Origin: an uncultured Bacilli bacterium
Lineage (GTDB): Bacteria > Bacillota_I > Bacilli_A > RF39 > UBA660
DNA length: 64,000 bases
Assembly: GCA_947626515.1 (NCBI GenBank)
Contig: CANQSL010000001.1
Location: 35,527 to 99,526 of the forward strand
Reading direction: 5' to 3'
Of the stretch, positions 20,285 through 30,815 are shown one piece after another. A model generated the notes under the pieces. That model had not been told where the DNA came from, did no database searches, and saw nothing but the letters and a program-made list of their open reading frames with translations. A program made the translations under genes and the position numbers. How positions within the stretch are numbered: the stretch's first letter is position 1; the number at the start of each line of letters is the position of its first letter.

Positions 20285-21342
20285 AACTTCATTCCTTTAC
20301 TACTTTTATTTATACAAAAACTTATCGAATCCATTCCATATACTTCTTTAATATAACTTTCTAATGTATTTTGAGTTTTTGCATTTTCACATACTAATAA
20401 CAAACTTCCATCCCCTCCTGAACCTATACTTTTTCCTCCATATGTTAGACATTGAACGAATCCATCACTTAATAATAAGTGCAAAGCAGGAGCTTTAAAT
20501 TCTTTACAAGCTACTTTTGCTTTATCCAAAAGAAGCTGCGCTTCACTTAAACATTTGCCAAATATCTTTAAATCACCTAACTCCAAACAAGAAATAGCTT
20601 TTTCAACCAATTCAACATTTTTATTTCCAATTATATCTAATAATAATTTATCTTTTTCTTTTTTTGCAATAGGCAATGCCCTATTAAAAGAACTCATGAT
20701 TATTCTAGTATCTTTATTGCTGTTTAAATCTACAATTAAGACATATAAATCTTTTTCTAATAATACTGGTGTAGAAACAACATTTTCTTCATAAAATGTT
20801 AAACTTGAACAGTTATTATTCATTATGCTATTTTGATCTAATTTTCCACATTTTGAACCAGCTAAATGTTCTCCATAGTAAGCTATATTTTTTAAATCAT
20901 CATCTGATAAATTTAACTCATACAAACTGTTGTATGCCTTGGCAACTGTTAAACATATTGCCGCAGATGATGAAAGCCCTTTTTTAATAGGTAAATCCAT
21001 CTTTGTAATAAAAATATGTATTCCACCAATCTTATATCCACTATTTTTAAGATATAATACTGTTCCACAAATGTATGCTACAAAACTGCCTTTTTCTATT
21101 TCACTTTTTAATTTTTCCTCTATTAAATCAACCTCAAAATATATATCTTTAAACTCATATATTAATTTATTACTTTTTTTTGATTTTGAATAAATACCTT
21201 TATCAATTGTGCAGGCAATTGCTCTTCCAGGAGGTAATTCAGGATTTTGACTTAAATAAGGACTAACAAGGTCGCTTAATTCTCCTATTAAGCCGATTCT
21301 TCCTGGAACAAATAATTCTATTTCTTCTATATCAACCACCAC
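20281..21342 (-). CDS. GHMP-family sugar kinase (not IspE)
   Basis: N-terminal VPGRIGLIGE (galactokinase/GHMP motif 1) and PIKKGLSSSAAICLT (GHMP ATP-binding motif). 4-nt ATGA overlap with the downstream flavoprotein gene. Confidence 0.6.
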   Translation of the reverse strand: MVVDIEEIELFVPGRIGLIGELSDLVSPYLSQNPELPPGRAIACTIDKGIYSKSKKSNKLIYEFKDIYFEVDLIEEKLKSEIEKGSFVAYICGTVLYLKNSGYKIGGIHIFITKMDLPIKKGLSSSAAICLTVAKAYNSLYELNLSDDDLKNIAYYGEHLAGSKCGKLDQNSIMNNNCSSLTFYEENVVSTPVLLEKDLYVLIVDLNSNKDTRIIMSSFNRALPIAKKEKDKLLLDIIGNKNVELVEKAISCLELGDLKIFGKCLSEAQLLLDKAKVACKEFKAPALHLLLSDGFVQCLTYGGKSIGSGGDGSLLLVCENAKTQNTLESYIKEVYGMDSISFCINKSSKGMKL

Positions 21343-21396
21343 CTAACTACTACCATAAATAAATTATAACAAAAAAAAAGAAAAAATTATATAAAA

Positions 21397-22188
21397 TTAT
21401 GACAATTTATTAGCTATTTCTACAAAAATCTCATATTTTATATCTTCAGCTCTATCATTAAGTGATAAAGAATACTTTTTTAATATTCCATCTATAATAT
21501 TCAAATCATAATTTTTTAAATTATTTCTTAAATTTTTTCTTTTAAATTTAAATGAATCAGTTATTAATTTTCTAAAAACAAAAAAATCCTTTACATATAA
21601 TAAATTTTGTTTTTTTCTAAATTTTATTAAAGCACTATCAACCTTTGGAATAGGATAAAAACATTTCTTATCTACAAAAGATAAATATTCTATATCAAAA
21701 TAATAATTCAAATAAACTGTAATAGCACCATATTCTTTTGTAGAAGGTTTAGAGCATAGTCTTTTACCTAATTCATTTTGTACCATAATTATTGAAATAT
21801 CTGGAATTGTTTCACTTTCTATAAATTTTTGCAATATTGGAGTTGAAATATAATAAGGTATATTAGCTATAAAATAAATGTGATTATATCCTTTTAAATA
21901 TTCTTTTAAATTTACACTTAAAAAATCTTCATACACTATTTCTAACTTTGGATTATTAATTTTTTCAAGAATTGGAGCCAAAGTCTTATCAATCTCAAAA
22001 GACAAAACTTTTATATTTTTCTCTAATAATCTTTTAGTTAAAATACCAGATCCTGCTCCCACTTCCACTATTATTCCATCATTTGCTACTTCAAAATTAT
22101 TTATTATAGTATTTAAAACCTCAGTATCTTGCAAAAAATTTTGTCCAAAACGCTTTTTATAATTTATTTTTTCCACTATTACCTCCAT
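21397..22188 (-). CDS. rsmA: 16S rRNA (adenine1518/1519-N6)-dimethyltransferase
   Basis: FGQNFLQD and VEVGAGSGILT motifs. Confidence 0.85.
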   Translation of the reverse strand: MEVIVEKINYKKRFGQNFLQDTEVLNTIINNFEVANDGIIVEVGAGSGILTKRLLEKNIKVLSFEIDKTLAPILEKINNPKLEIVYEDFLSVNLKEYLKGYNHIYFIANIPYYISTPILQKFIESETIPDISIIMVQNELGKRLCSKPSTKEYGAITVYLNYYFDIEYLSFVDKKCFYPIPKVDSALIKFRKKQNLLYVKDFFVFRKLITDSFKFKRKNLRNNLKNYDLNIIDGILKKYSLSLNDRAEDIKYEIFVEIANKLS

Positions 22189-22206
22189 TAAAAAATCAAG
22201 ATGTTT

Positions 22207-22728
22207 CTATCTTGACCATCCAAATCGTAAGATATCATAACTAATATATTTCCTGCCTATATTCTTAAATGCATACTCTTCATCACTGACTAATAAATCT
22301 AAATTAGTTCCTGTAACACCTCTATCTAAAACTATTGCTGTAACTGTATTATCATTTAGTTTATATCTAACTATACTGCCACAAGCTAAATTAGTTGATG
22401 ATGCAACAATTCCTACTGTACCATAATCGTTATCAAAATAAGTCGTTGTTCCGTCAAGCACATTTTGACCAGTACATCCCAATGTTCCTCCACATAAAGG
22501 ACAATCAGCAGCATAACCAGTTAAATATCCAACATATGTATCTAAAGGATAATTTAAATCTTGTAATTTAATCTGCTCTATCTTATAAGCCATTGCAGTT
22601 AAATCTAATACTTTATTTGTATTGTCATTCAATACTATCCCATTATCTTTTTCAATATTTACTTTAGTGATACAAACCATTGCAACAATAATAATCATAA
22701 ATTTTACTATTTTTCCAACTATTTTCAA
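22207..22728 (-). CDS. 3D-domain (MltA-like) cell-wall protein, YabE-like
   Basis: N-terminal TM/signal sequence. C-terminal 3D-domain-like segment (AADCPLCGG...IVLDRGV) in the conserved position between tatD and ksgA. Confidence 0.5.
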   Translation of the reverse strand: MKIVGKIVKFMIIIVAMVCITKVNIEKDNGIVLNDNTNKVLDLTAMAYKIEQIKLQDLNYPLDTYVGYLTGYAADCPLCGGTLGCTGQNVLDGTTTYFDNDYGTVGIVASSTNLACGSIVRYKLNDNTVTAIVLDRGVTGTNLDLLVSDEEYAFKNIGRKYISYDILRFGWSR

Positions 22729-22804
22729 TTTATCACCTTCATAGTTATAAATATAACATTATATTGTAGTTTTGTCAAAAATATACCAACAATTGGTATT
22801 TTTA

Positions 22805-23557
22805 CTAATTAAATATAGTTTTTAGATTTTCAATGCTTTTATTTATAATTATATTTCTATCAATATCCAAATAATTAGATACATAATCAATAATTTCATT
22901 TATATGTAAAGGACTATTTTTTTCTCCTCTATAAGGAACAGGAGTAAGATAAGGACTATCTGTTTCAAATACTACATTATCTACTCCAATTTGTTTATAA
23001 ACTTCTATTAATTTACAATTCTTAAAAGTGATAACACCATTAATTCCCAATTTAAAACCCATTTTAATATATTCTTTTGCAGTTTCTACACTACCATTAA
23101 AACAGTGTATTATCCCTTTAACTTTATATAATTTTAATATATCTATAACATCTTTTGTTGATTCTCTTGAATGAATTATTACTGGCAAATTATATTTTTC
23201 AGCCAATTTTAGTTGAGCTTTAAATAGTTCTTTTTGTTGTTCTTTATTGAAATCTTCATAATGATAATCTAATCCAATTTCTCCTATACCTAAAAATTTA
23301 TTATTATTTAAATTTTGTTCTATTAATTTTGTGACATCACTTAGTTCTTTATAATCTGATTCAGGATGAACTCCCAACACAAAATACATATTTTCATATA
23401 ATTTAGATAATTTTATAATCTCTAATGAACTTTTATACCCTACTGCATTATTTATCACAAAAATATTTGACTTTTTTAAACTATTCATCAATTCAGAAAT
23501 ATTATCATAATATTCACTATAAATATGACAATGACTATCTATGATCATATATATCAC
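22805..23557 (-). CDS. tatD: TatD-family metal-dependent DNase (YabD)
   Basis: IIDSHCHIY and GEIGLDYHY motifs. Confidence 0.85.
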   Translation of the reverse strand: MIYMIIDSHCHIYSEYYDNISELMNSLKKSNIFVINNAVGYKSSLEIIKLSKLYENMYFVLGVHPESDYKELSDVTKLIEQNLNNNKFLGIGEIGLDYHYEDFNKEQQKELFKAQLKLAEKYNLPVIIHSRESTKDVIDILKLYKVKGIIHCFNGSVETAKEYIKMGFKLGINGVITFKNCKLIEVYKQIGVDNVVFETDSPYLTPVPYRGEKNSPLHINEIIDYVSNYLDIDRNIIINKSIENLKTIFN

Positions 23558-23602
23558 TCCAAAATTATTATAACTTAAAAAACAGCATATTTCTATGCTA
23601 TT

Positions 23603-24088
23603 TCATTCCATTAAACTAATTATAATATTTTTAATTAAAGATACTATTTCATTATCGACTAAATTATTATTACTAATAATAAACATAAATCCTACTGTAT
23701 TACTATCAACAATTAATGGTATATTAGATAAATAACAAGATATATACTTTTCTTCAAATAAAATTCCTTCAAACTTTCCATTATTAATATTTTCTATTTT
23801 AGGTTTTACTAAATCTTTATAACAATAATTTTCACTTGTTGAACTTATTATTTTCATTTTATCTAATATAACAATATCAAAATCTATAATTTTTTTTGCT
23901 AATTTTAATATATTATCTATATTAGTTTTATAAGATTCTATACCTATACTTTTTTTTATAATTATTGATTCATTATCCATATATAATTCTAATTCATCAA
24001 AATTCTTTACTTTAAAACTATCTCTTATTTCTTTTGGTATAACAATTCTTCCAAGTTCATCAATTCTTTTTTTAAACACATAACTCAA
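23603..24088 (-). CDS. spoVT: SpoVT/AbrB-family transcriptional regulator (SpoVT-like)
   Basis: AbrB swapped-hairpin N-terminus (RIDELGRIVIPKEIR) plus a C-terminal domain of about 110 aa. Directly downstream of mfd, as in Bacillus. Confidence 0.6.
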   Translation of the reverse strand: MSYVFKKRIDELGRIVIPKEIRDSFKVKNFDELELYMDNESIIIKKSIGIESYKTNIDNILKLAKKIIDFDIVILDKMKIISSTSENYCYKDLVKPKIENINNGKFEGILFEEKYISCYLSNIPLIVDSNTVGFMFIISNNNLVDNEIVSLIKNIIISLME

Positions 24089-24122
24089 AGGATATCACCA
24101 ATAATAGTATGTTTACATTTCA

Positions 24123-27100
24123 CTATTTTATGCAATCTTTTATTAATAAAATTAGGTCCAATAAATCTTTTACATAATCACCTTTTCTATTAATTATATT
24201 TAATGATATAATTAGTCTTTTTCTTACGTATTTTAATTTAAATTTCGGATTTATATTATATATTTGTAAAAATAATTTTTCGCCATCTAATTTACTTGAT
24301 ATTTCTTCAGAAAATTCTATTTCAACAAAATTATTTAGATACCTTATATTTTCAATTTTTAAACTATTAGATTCATATTGGAACCACTCTTCATACATAT
24401 AATTTATAATATCACTGCTAATTTTCCCAAATCTATCCTCTATTTCGTTTTTTATTCTATTAAAACTTTCTTCAGAATTAATTTCATTTATAAGTTTATG
24501 AATTTCTATTCTAAGTGATTCATCATCTACATATTCCTTTGATATCGAAGTACTTACTTCTAATAAAGGCTTTTCACTATCGTTTTTTTCTTCTACTTGA
24601 TTACCTTTCAATTTATTTATTTCATCGTTAATCATATCCATATATAAATCAATTCCAACAGCTTCTATAAAACCTGATTGACTACTACCCAATAGTTCTC
24701 CTGCTCCCCTTATTGATAAATCTCTCATTGCAACTTTGTAGCCACTTCCAAGTTCAGTAAATTCTTTTATTGTTTTCAATCTCTTAATTGCAATGTCATT
24801 TAAGAATTTTGTTTTATCATACATCATATATGCATAAGCTATTCTATCGCTTCTTCCAACTCTACCTCTTATTTGATATAGTTGGCTAAGGCCAAATATA
24901 TCCGCATTTTTTATTATCAATGTGTTTACATTTGGAATATCTATACCAGTTTCTATTATAGTCGTACAAATTAATACATTATATTTTCCATCTACAAAAT
25001 CTTCTATAATTCCATTTAAAGTGTCTTTTTCCATTTTTCCATATGCTATACAAGGTTTAGACTCTGGAACTAACCTACAAATCAAATCATACTCATTTTG
25101 TAGTTGTTCTATATTATTATTAAGTAAATAGACTTGTCCATCTCTAGAAAGTTCTTTATATATAGCTTCTTTTAATAAATAATTATTATCCTCTATTACG
25201 TAAGTTTGAACTGGATATCTATTTACTGGAGGAGTATCTATTATTGATAGATCTTTCACTCCACTCATAGACATCTTTAAAGTTCTAGGAATCGGAGTAG
25301 CTGATAATGTAAGTATATTTACATTTTTCTTTAAACTTTTTAATTTTTCTTTTTGCGCTACACCAAATCGTTGTTCTTCGTCTATAATCAAAAGTCCTAA
25401 ATGTTTATATTTAATTGTCTCATTAAATAATTTGTGAGTCCCAATTACTATATCAACTGTTCCTTTTTCCAATTTATCCTTTATTTGATTAAATTCTTTA
25501 ATTGATGTAAATCTATTTAAAAGTTCTATATTTACTCCAAAATGTCTAAATCTTTTTTTACAAGCTTCATATTGTTGCTTAGATAAAATTGTCGTTGGAC
25601 ACAAATATACAACTTGTCTATTATTTAACACTGTTCTAAACATAGCTCTCATAGCTACTTCAGTCTTTCCAAATCCAACATCCCCACAAAGAAGTCTATC
25701 CATAGGTTTCTTTTGTGATAAATCATCAAGTATTTCTTTTATACATTTTGATTGATCTTTTGTCTCTGTATATTCAAATTCATTAGCAAAAATCTCTTCT
25801 TCTGGAAATGATAAATATCTTTCTCCTTCTTCAAGCTCTCTTTCAGCATATAATTTTATTAAATCTTCTGAAATATCTTTTATCTTGTTTCTTACTTTAT
25901 ATTTTGTTTTCTCCCAACTTGTTCCTCCCAAAACAGATAGTTTAGGTACATTTATGTCTTCATCACTGTATTTATAAATTGTCTCTATTTTTTGAGCAGG
26001 TATATAAAGCTTATCTTTTCCTGCATATTTAATTAATAAATAATCTTTTTTAATACCTTTATTTTCTAATGTAACTAAACCTTGATATTGCCCAATTCCA
26101 TGGGAAATATGAACTACGTAATCTCCTTGTTTAAGATCCTCAAAACCTTTTATTTTTCTTCCTATATTATAATGATTTAAAAAAGATACACTTCTTTTTG
26201 CATTTTCAATATCATATTCTGATATAACTATATAATTTTCAAATATAAATCCTTTTGATATACCTTTTTTAAATAAATTTACTCTATTTGGCAAATAAGT
26301 ATTAAAAGAAATTAAATTTCCAAATAATGATAATATTTTTTTTATTAGTATTTCATTTTCAATCATAAAAATAATAATATTTCTATTTATTTGATCATTT
26401 ATATAAATCTTTAAGTTATTAAAATTATTATTAAAATTAACTATATCTCTAGATTGATATTTTTTTACTTTTTTATCTATAGCATTATCAACCAAAGTAT
26501 TTATATATATTTTATTTTTGATTTTATCTATATTAAAAATATCAAAATAATTATTATCAATTAATTTAAATTCTTCTTTAGAATTCTTAAATTCATTATA
26601 TGAAGATAATATTTTATCATAATCAATTAAAAAAACTTGAGGATTATTCAATCTATTATATATAATCTCTTTAGTATTATTTTTATTTGTATCATTAAAA
26701 CTATATATAACGACTTCATCTAAGCTTTCTTTCGAAATTTGAGTTTCCAAATCAAAGATTCTTATAGATTCTAAATCAGACCCAAAAAATTCCAATCTAA
26801 TTGGATTGTCATAATTAATAGAAAATAGATCTATAATAAAGCTTCTAACTGCATATTCTCCCGTAGATGTAACTAAATTCGTCTTGTTATAAGAATTATC
26901 CTCTAGAAATTGAATTATATCTTCTCTTTTTATATTTTTATTAATAGTTAATGTATTTGGCTTACTATCAATATATTTTAAATATCCAGTTAAATTAGTA
27001 ACTATTATTTTTTTTGCACTATCTATTTTATTTAATGTATCTATCCTTGCAATTTTTAAATCCGGTGAAGATGATATTGCAAGCACGGTTGCAAATTCAT

Positions 27101-27314
27101 CCATTGGAAATAACAATACATTGGGATTCATTTGAGATAAGTCCTTAAATATCAAATTGGCATTATATAAAGACTCTGTTACCACCAAAACATTTTTTTC
27201 ATTATTTAAAAAATAATTCAAAATATATTCATTAATAAGAGATGAAGTTAGGCCACTAATAGTTATATTATCTTCATATATAAAGTAATCTTTAAACATA
27301 ATATCACATTCCAT
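24123..27314 (-). CDS. mfd: Transcription-repair coupling factor
   Basis: Walker A GDVGFGKTEVAMRA and the DEEQRFGV motif. Conserved pth-mfd order. Confidence 0.9.
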   Translation of the reverse strand: MECDIMFKDYFIYEDNITISGLTSSLINEYILNYFLNNEKNVLVVTESLYNANLIFKDLSQMNPNVLLFPMDEFATVLAISSSPDLKIARIDTLNKIDSAKKIIVTNLTGYLKYIDSKPNTLTINKNIKREDIIQFLEDNSYNKTNLVTSTGEYAVRSFIIDLFSINYDNPIRLEFFGSDLESIRIFDLETQISKESLDEVVIYSFNDTNKNNTKEIIYNRLNNPQVFLIDYDKILSSYNEFKNSKEEFKLIDNNYFDIFNIDKIKNKIYINTLVDNAIDKKVKKYQSRDIVNFNNNFNNLKIYINDQINRNIIIFMIENEILIKKILSLFGNLISFNTYLPNRVNLFKKGISKGFIFENYIVISEYDIENAKRSVSFLNHYNIGRKIKGFEDLKQGDYVVHISHGIGQYQGLVTLENKGIKKDYLLIKYAGKDKLYIPAQKIETIYKYSDEDINVPKLSVLGGTSWEKTKYKVRNKIKDISEDLIKLYAERELEEGERYLSFPEEEIFANEFEYTETKDQSKCIKEILDDLSQKKPMDRLLCGDVGFGKTEVAMRAMFRTVLNNRQVVYLCPTTILSKQQYEACKKRFRHFGVNIELLNRFTSIKEFNQIKDKLEKGTVDIVIGTHKLFNETIKYKHLGLLIIDEEQRFGVAQKEKLKSLKKNVNILTLSATPIPRTLKMSMSGVKDLSIIDTPPVNRYPVQTYVIEDNNYLLKEAIYKELSRDGQVYLLNNNIEQLQNEYDLICRLVPESKPCIAYGKMEKDTLNGIIEDFVDGKYNVLICTTIIETGIDIPNVNTLIIKNADIFGLSQLYQIRGRVGRSDRIAYAYMMYDKTKFLNDIAIKRLKTIKEFTELGSGYKVAMRDLSIRGAGELLGSSQSGFIEAVGIDLYMDMINDEINKLKGNQVEEKNDSEKPLLEVSTSISKEYVDDESLRIEIHKLINEINSEESFNRIKNEIEDRFGKISSDIINYMYEEWFQYESNSLKIENIRYLNNFVEIEFSEEISSKLDGEKLFLQIYNINPKFKLKYVRKRLIISLNIINRKGDYVKDLLDLILLIKDCIK

Positions 27315-27846
27315 TGTATTTGTTCATAACATATTTATAATCATATTTTATAAAATCATCTATTGCTGATAAAAGTAATTCATAATTAATACTTTCTAAT
27401 TCTTTATTAGAAAATTTACCTAATACAAAGTCAATAGTATCATTTATATTATTAGTTCTAATCCCAATTTTCATTCTAAAAAATTCTTTTGAATTTAAAT
27501 TATTAATAATTGACTTAATACCATTATGTCCACCTGAGCTACTATTGAATTTAAATTTAAATTTACCAATATCTATATCTAGATCATCTTGAATAACCAT
27601 AATGTCTTCTAATTTAAATTTATAAAAATCCACAAATTTTTTCACTGAAATACCTGAATTATTCATATATGTTTGTGGCTTTAAAAAAATTACTTTTTCT
27701 TTATCATTATATTCATAATATAATCCATCAAATTTTGATTTATATTTAATATTACCTAAATATGTATCAATAATTTTGAAACCAATATTATGCCTAGTGT
27801 TTTCATATTCCTTCCCAGGATTGCCTAATCCTATTATTAATTTCAT
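27304..27846 (-). CDS. pth: Peptidyl-tRNA hydrolase
   Basis: MKLIIGLGNPGKEY...TRHNIGF signature. Confidence 0.9.
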   Translation of the reverse strand: MKLIIGLGNPGKEYENTRHNIGFKIIDTYLGNIKYKSKFDGLYYEYNDKEKVIFLKPQTYMNNSGISVKKFVDFYKFKLEDIMVIQDDLDIDIGKFKFKFNSSSGGHNGIKSIINNLNSKEFFRMKIGIRTNNINDTIDFVLGKFSNKELESINYELLLSAIDDFIKYDYKYVMNKYNGM

Positions 27847-28523
27847 ATTTCCTCCAAATATTTATCTATATATAAAGGCTTTAATACTCTTAAATCATCT
27901 TTGCAATTTAACTTTCCTTCAATTAAAAGAAAACAAGATTCACTATTTAGACTATTATAAACAAACTGAAGTCTTCTTAATCCAAAATTATATTTTTTAA
28001 ATAATTCTAATATTTCGGTAAACCTTTCACATCTATGTACTAAACATAAAGATCCACTATATTTTAAAATATTAGAAGCTACTCTAATAACATCTTCTAA
28101 TTTTACAGCTATTTCATGCCTTGCTATAGCTTTAGACATGTTTTCATTTATTAAAGATTGATTGTTGATTTTAAAATAAGGCGGATTGCATGTAACTATA
28201 TCCATTTTTTCATTTAACTCTAAATTTAATATATTTTCATTTATTAAAGTAATATTTTTAATATTGTTATAGTCAATCGTTTTTTTTGCTAAATCAAATA
28301 TTTCTTTTTGCAATTCTACACCATAAATATTTTTTTTAAATTTAGTTGATAAAATTAATGGTATTGGAGCATTTCCTGTACATAAGTCCATTATATTTCT
28401 ACATTTATCAGTAATATTTACAAACTCTGCTAATAAAACTGAATCTATTGAAAATTTAAAAGAATCTTCGTTTTGAAAAATTTTAAGATCATAATGTAAT
28501 AAATCATTTAACATCAAAATCAA
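27843..28523 (-). CDS. Class I SAM-dependent N6-adenine methyltransferase (YabB/TrmN6-like)
   Basis: NPPYF catalytic motif and SAM-binding DLCTGNAPIPL. Confidence 0.6.
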   Translation of the reverse strand: MILMLNDLLHYDLKIFQNEDSFKFSIDSVLLAEFVNITDKCRNIMDLCTGNAPIPLILSTKFKKNIYGVELQKEIFDLAKKTIDYNNIKNITLINENILNLELNEKMDIVTCNPPYFKINNQSLINENMSKAIARHEIAVKLEDVIRVASNILKYSGSLCLVHRCERFTEILELFKKYNFGLRRLQFVYNSLNSESCFLLIEGKLNCKDDLRVLKPLYIDKYLEEI

Positions 28524-29295
28524 CTTCTTTTATTTCATCGTTAATATTAACGTATACTTTTTTTCTTAAAATATCTAAATTTGCTACTTTGCCTTTTTTC
28601 CCATCAACTTTAATATCATCATTTATTTTTGGAAGTTTCTCTCTTAATTCCGTGTATCCTTCATCTTCATATGCCAAGCAACATAATAATCTGCCACAAC
28701 AACCATTAATTTTGGTTGGGTTTAATGCAATATTTTGATTTTTAGCCATATTAATAGTAATTCCCTGTATATCGTTTTTAAAGGTTTTACAACAAAGAGG
28801 TAATCCACAAACTCCAATTCCACCTATTTCTTTTGCTTTATCGCGCACACCAATTTGATGCAAATCAATATGAGTTTTATATTTAGCTGCTAAATATTTT
28901 ACTAAATTTCTAAAATCAATTCTTTCATCAGCTACAAAATTAATAGTTAATTGTTTTTTATCAAAAGTATAATTAGCATCTACTATAGTCATCGGTATCT
29001 TATCTTTTTCTATCTTTTTTTTTGTTTCTTCAACTACTATTTTTGAATCTTTCAGATTATTCAAATATGTATTATAATCCTTATCATCCGCTTTTTTTAA
29101 AACTGTTTTTAACTCACTTTTTATATTAACTTTACTCTCGTCAATATTATTATCAACAACTATCCCTAATTGTAATCCTTGTTCTGTGTTTACAATAACT
29201 TTATCATTGATATTAATATCGAACTCTTCATTCAAAAAATAATACTGTTTGCCATTTTTTTTAAAACAAATGCTTATAATACTCATTTTATTCAC
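28504..29295 (-). CDS. ricT: PSP1-domain protein YaaT/RicT
   Basis: Cys-rich PSP1 C-terminus (GVCGLPLCCKTF, GCCGRLLCCLAYE). Confidence 0.7.
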   Translation of the reverse strand: MNKMSIISICFKKNGKQYYFLNEEFDININDKVIVNTEQGLQLGIVVDNNIDESKVNIKSELKTVLKKADDKDYNTYLNNLKDSKIVVEETKKKIEKDKIPMTIVDANYTFDKKQLTINFVADERIDFRNLVKYLAAKYKTHIDLHQIGVRDKAKEIGGIGVCGLPLCCKTFKNDIQGITINMAKNQNIALNPTKINGCCGRLLCCLAYEDEGYTELREKLPKINDDIKVDGKKGKVANLDILRKKVYVNINDEIKEVDFDVK

Positions 29296-30004
29296 TTCCT
29301 AAAAGTATGTAATCTATAACATAATCTACATTTACGTTTTTATTTAACAAAGAAATCGCATAATTCAATTTTTTTATTATTATAACATCATTTTCCAATA
29401 TATTTCTATATAAATATTCTAAATATGTTTCAAATATAGTTATTATTTCATTTCTATCATAATTTTGAAAAATTTTTTTAACTTTAAATAAATCTTTTTG
29501 GGTATAGTCGTTTAAAAATTTCTCCATAAAATCAATATATTCTGAATTTATTATTGAAGTATCATCATAATATAAATTAATGATTTGTGATCTACTTTTA
29601 ATTGTAGAAAGAACCGAATCTAGATTTGTAGTAATAAAAAAAGCAATTACTCCTTCTAAAGGTTCTTCTAAAAACTTCAAAATTATATTTGCAGAAATAG
29701 ACGTCAATTTATGAGCTTCTTCTATTAAATAAACTCTGTTTTTATTCAAATATGACTTTGTTTTAAAAAATGTTTTTAAACTTTCTATCCTCTCTTTAGA
29801 AATTTTACTTTCATTATTTTTTTCAATGGTAATAAAGTCCATTTTAATTAAGTCTAAATTTTGAGTATTAAATATTCCTTTTATCAATGTAACTACATCT
29901 TCTCTACATTTTTCAAAGTTATTTGTATAAAAAATAAAAGAATGAGAATTAGTCTTATTTTTAAACTCATCTAAAATATTTTCTAATCTTTTATTTTCAA
30001 ACAT
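29288..30004 (-). CDS. holB: DNA polymerase III delta-prime-like subunit (short, degenerate)
   Basis: Position between yaaT and upstream genes. AAA+-like fold hints (HSFIFY, LIEEAHKLT). Only 238 aa. Confidence 0.45.
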   Translation of the reverse strand: MFENKRLENILDEFKNKTNSHSFIFYTNNFEKCREDVVTLIKGIFNTQNLDLIKMDFITIEKNNESKISKERIESLKTFFKTKSYLNKNRVYLIEEAHKLTSISANIILKFLEEPLEGVIAFFITTNLDSVLSTIKSRSQIINLYYDDTSIINSEYIDFMEKFLNDYTQKDLFKVKKIFQNYDRNEIITIFETYLEYLYRNILENDVIIIKKLNYAISLLNKNVNVDYVIDYILLGSE

Positions 30005-30218
30005 CTTACCACCTACTTAAAAAAAGCAATAACATTATTCCTGGTAATTTAAAAATATAAACAATAACTAAAGTAAATATATTTATTGGAATATTGTAAC
30101 CCAATTTAGATAAAAATATATTTACAGTAAATAAATATATTGTTGTAAATATTAATTTTTTTATAATATGTTTTAATTTCAAATATAATCACCTAGTAAA
30201 ATATTATGCAGAATCTTT

Positions 30219-30815
30219 CTAAATATCTTTTCTATCTTTTAATGCCCTATCCAAAGTAATAGAATCTAAATAATCTATTTCTACTCCCATTGGAATACCA
30301 TAAGAAAGTCTCGAAACTTTTGTATTATGTCCTTCTAATATTTTTTTTAAATAAAGCGTAGTTGTTTCTCCTTCTATAGATGGTTTTAATGCAATTATTA
30401 CTTCTTTATCTCCATTTATTGAATCAATTCTTTTAATTAAACTATCAATATTCAGATCATCAGGAGTTATACCATCAATTGGAGAAATAACCCCGTTTAG
30501 CACATGATATTTTCCATCATAATTACCAGTTTTTTCAAAAGTAACAACACTTTTATATTCTTCTACAACACAAATAAGATTATCGTTTCTATTTTTATTA
30601 GAGCAAATTGAACATTCTTCTGTTTCACTAATATATCCACAATTTTTACATCGTGTTATTTTCTGTTTTAATTCTAAAATCGAATTGGATAATTGCTCGA
30701 CTTCTTCCAAAGGTTTTTCAATCAGTTGCAATGCCATTCTTTCAGCTGACTTCTCCCCCATACCGTCAAACTTTTTTAGATGATCTATAACATTTAATAA
30801 TGCATTAGGATACAT
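30219..30815 (-). CDS. recR: Recombination protein RecR
   Basis: HhH (GMGEKSAERMA), C4 zinc finger (CKNCGY...CSIC) and Toprim. Confidence 0.9.
   Translation of the reverse strand: MYPNALLNVIDHLKKFDGMGEKSAERMALQLIEKPLEEVEQLSNSILELKQKITRCKNCGYISETEECSICSNKNRNDNLICVVEEYKSVVTFEKTGNYDGKYHVLNGVISPIDGITPDDLNIDSLIKRIDSINGDKEVIIALKPSIEGETTTLYLKKILEGHNTKVSRLSYGIPMGVEIDYLDSITLDRALKDRKDI

Noticed and set aside
20281-21342. Calling the GHMP kinase IspE because ispE sits in this neighbourhood in Bacillus
   Set aside because: It lacks the IspE N-terminal (PAKINL...DGYH) pattern, is about 60 aa too long, and has a galactokinase-style GRIGLIGE motif.
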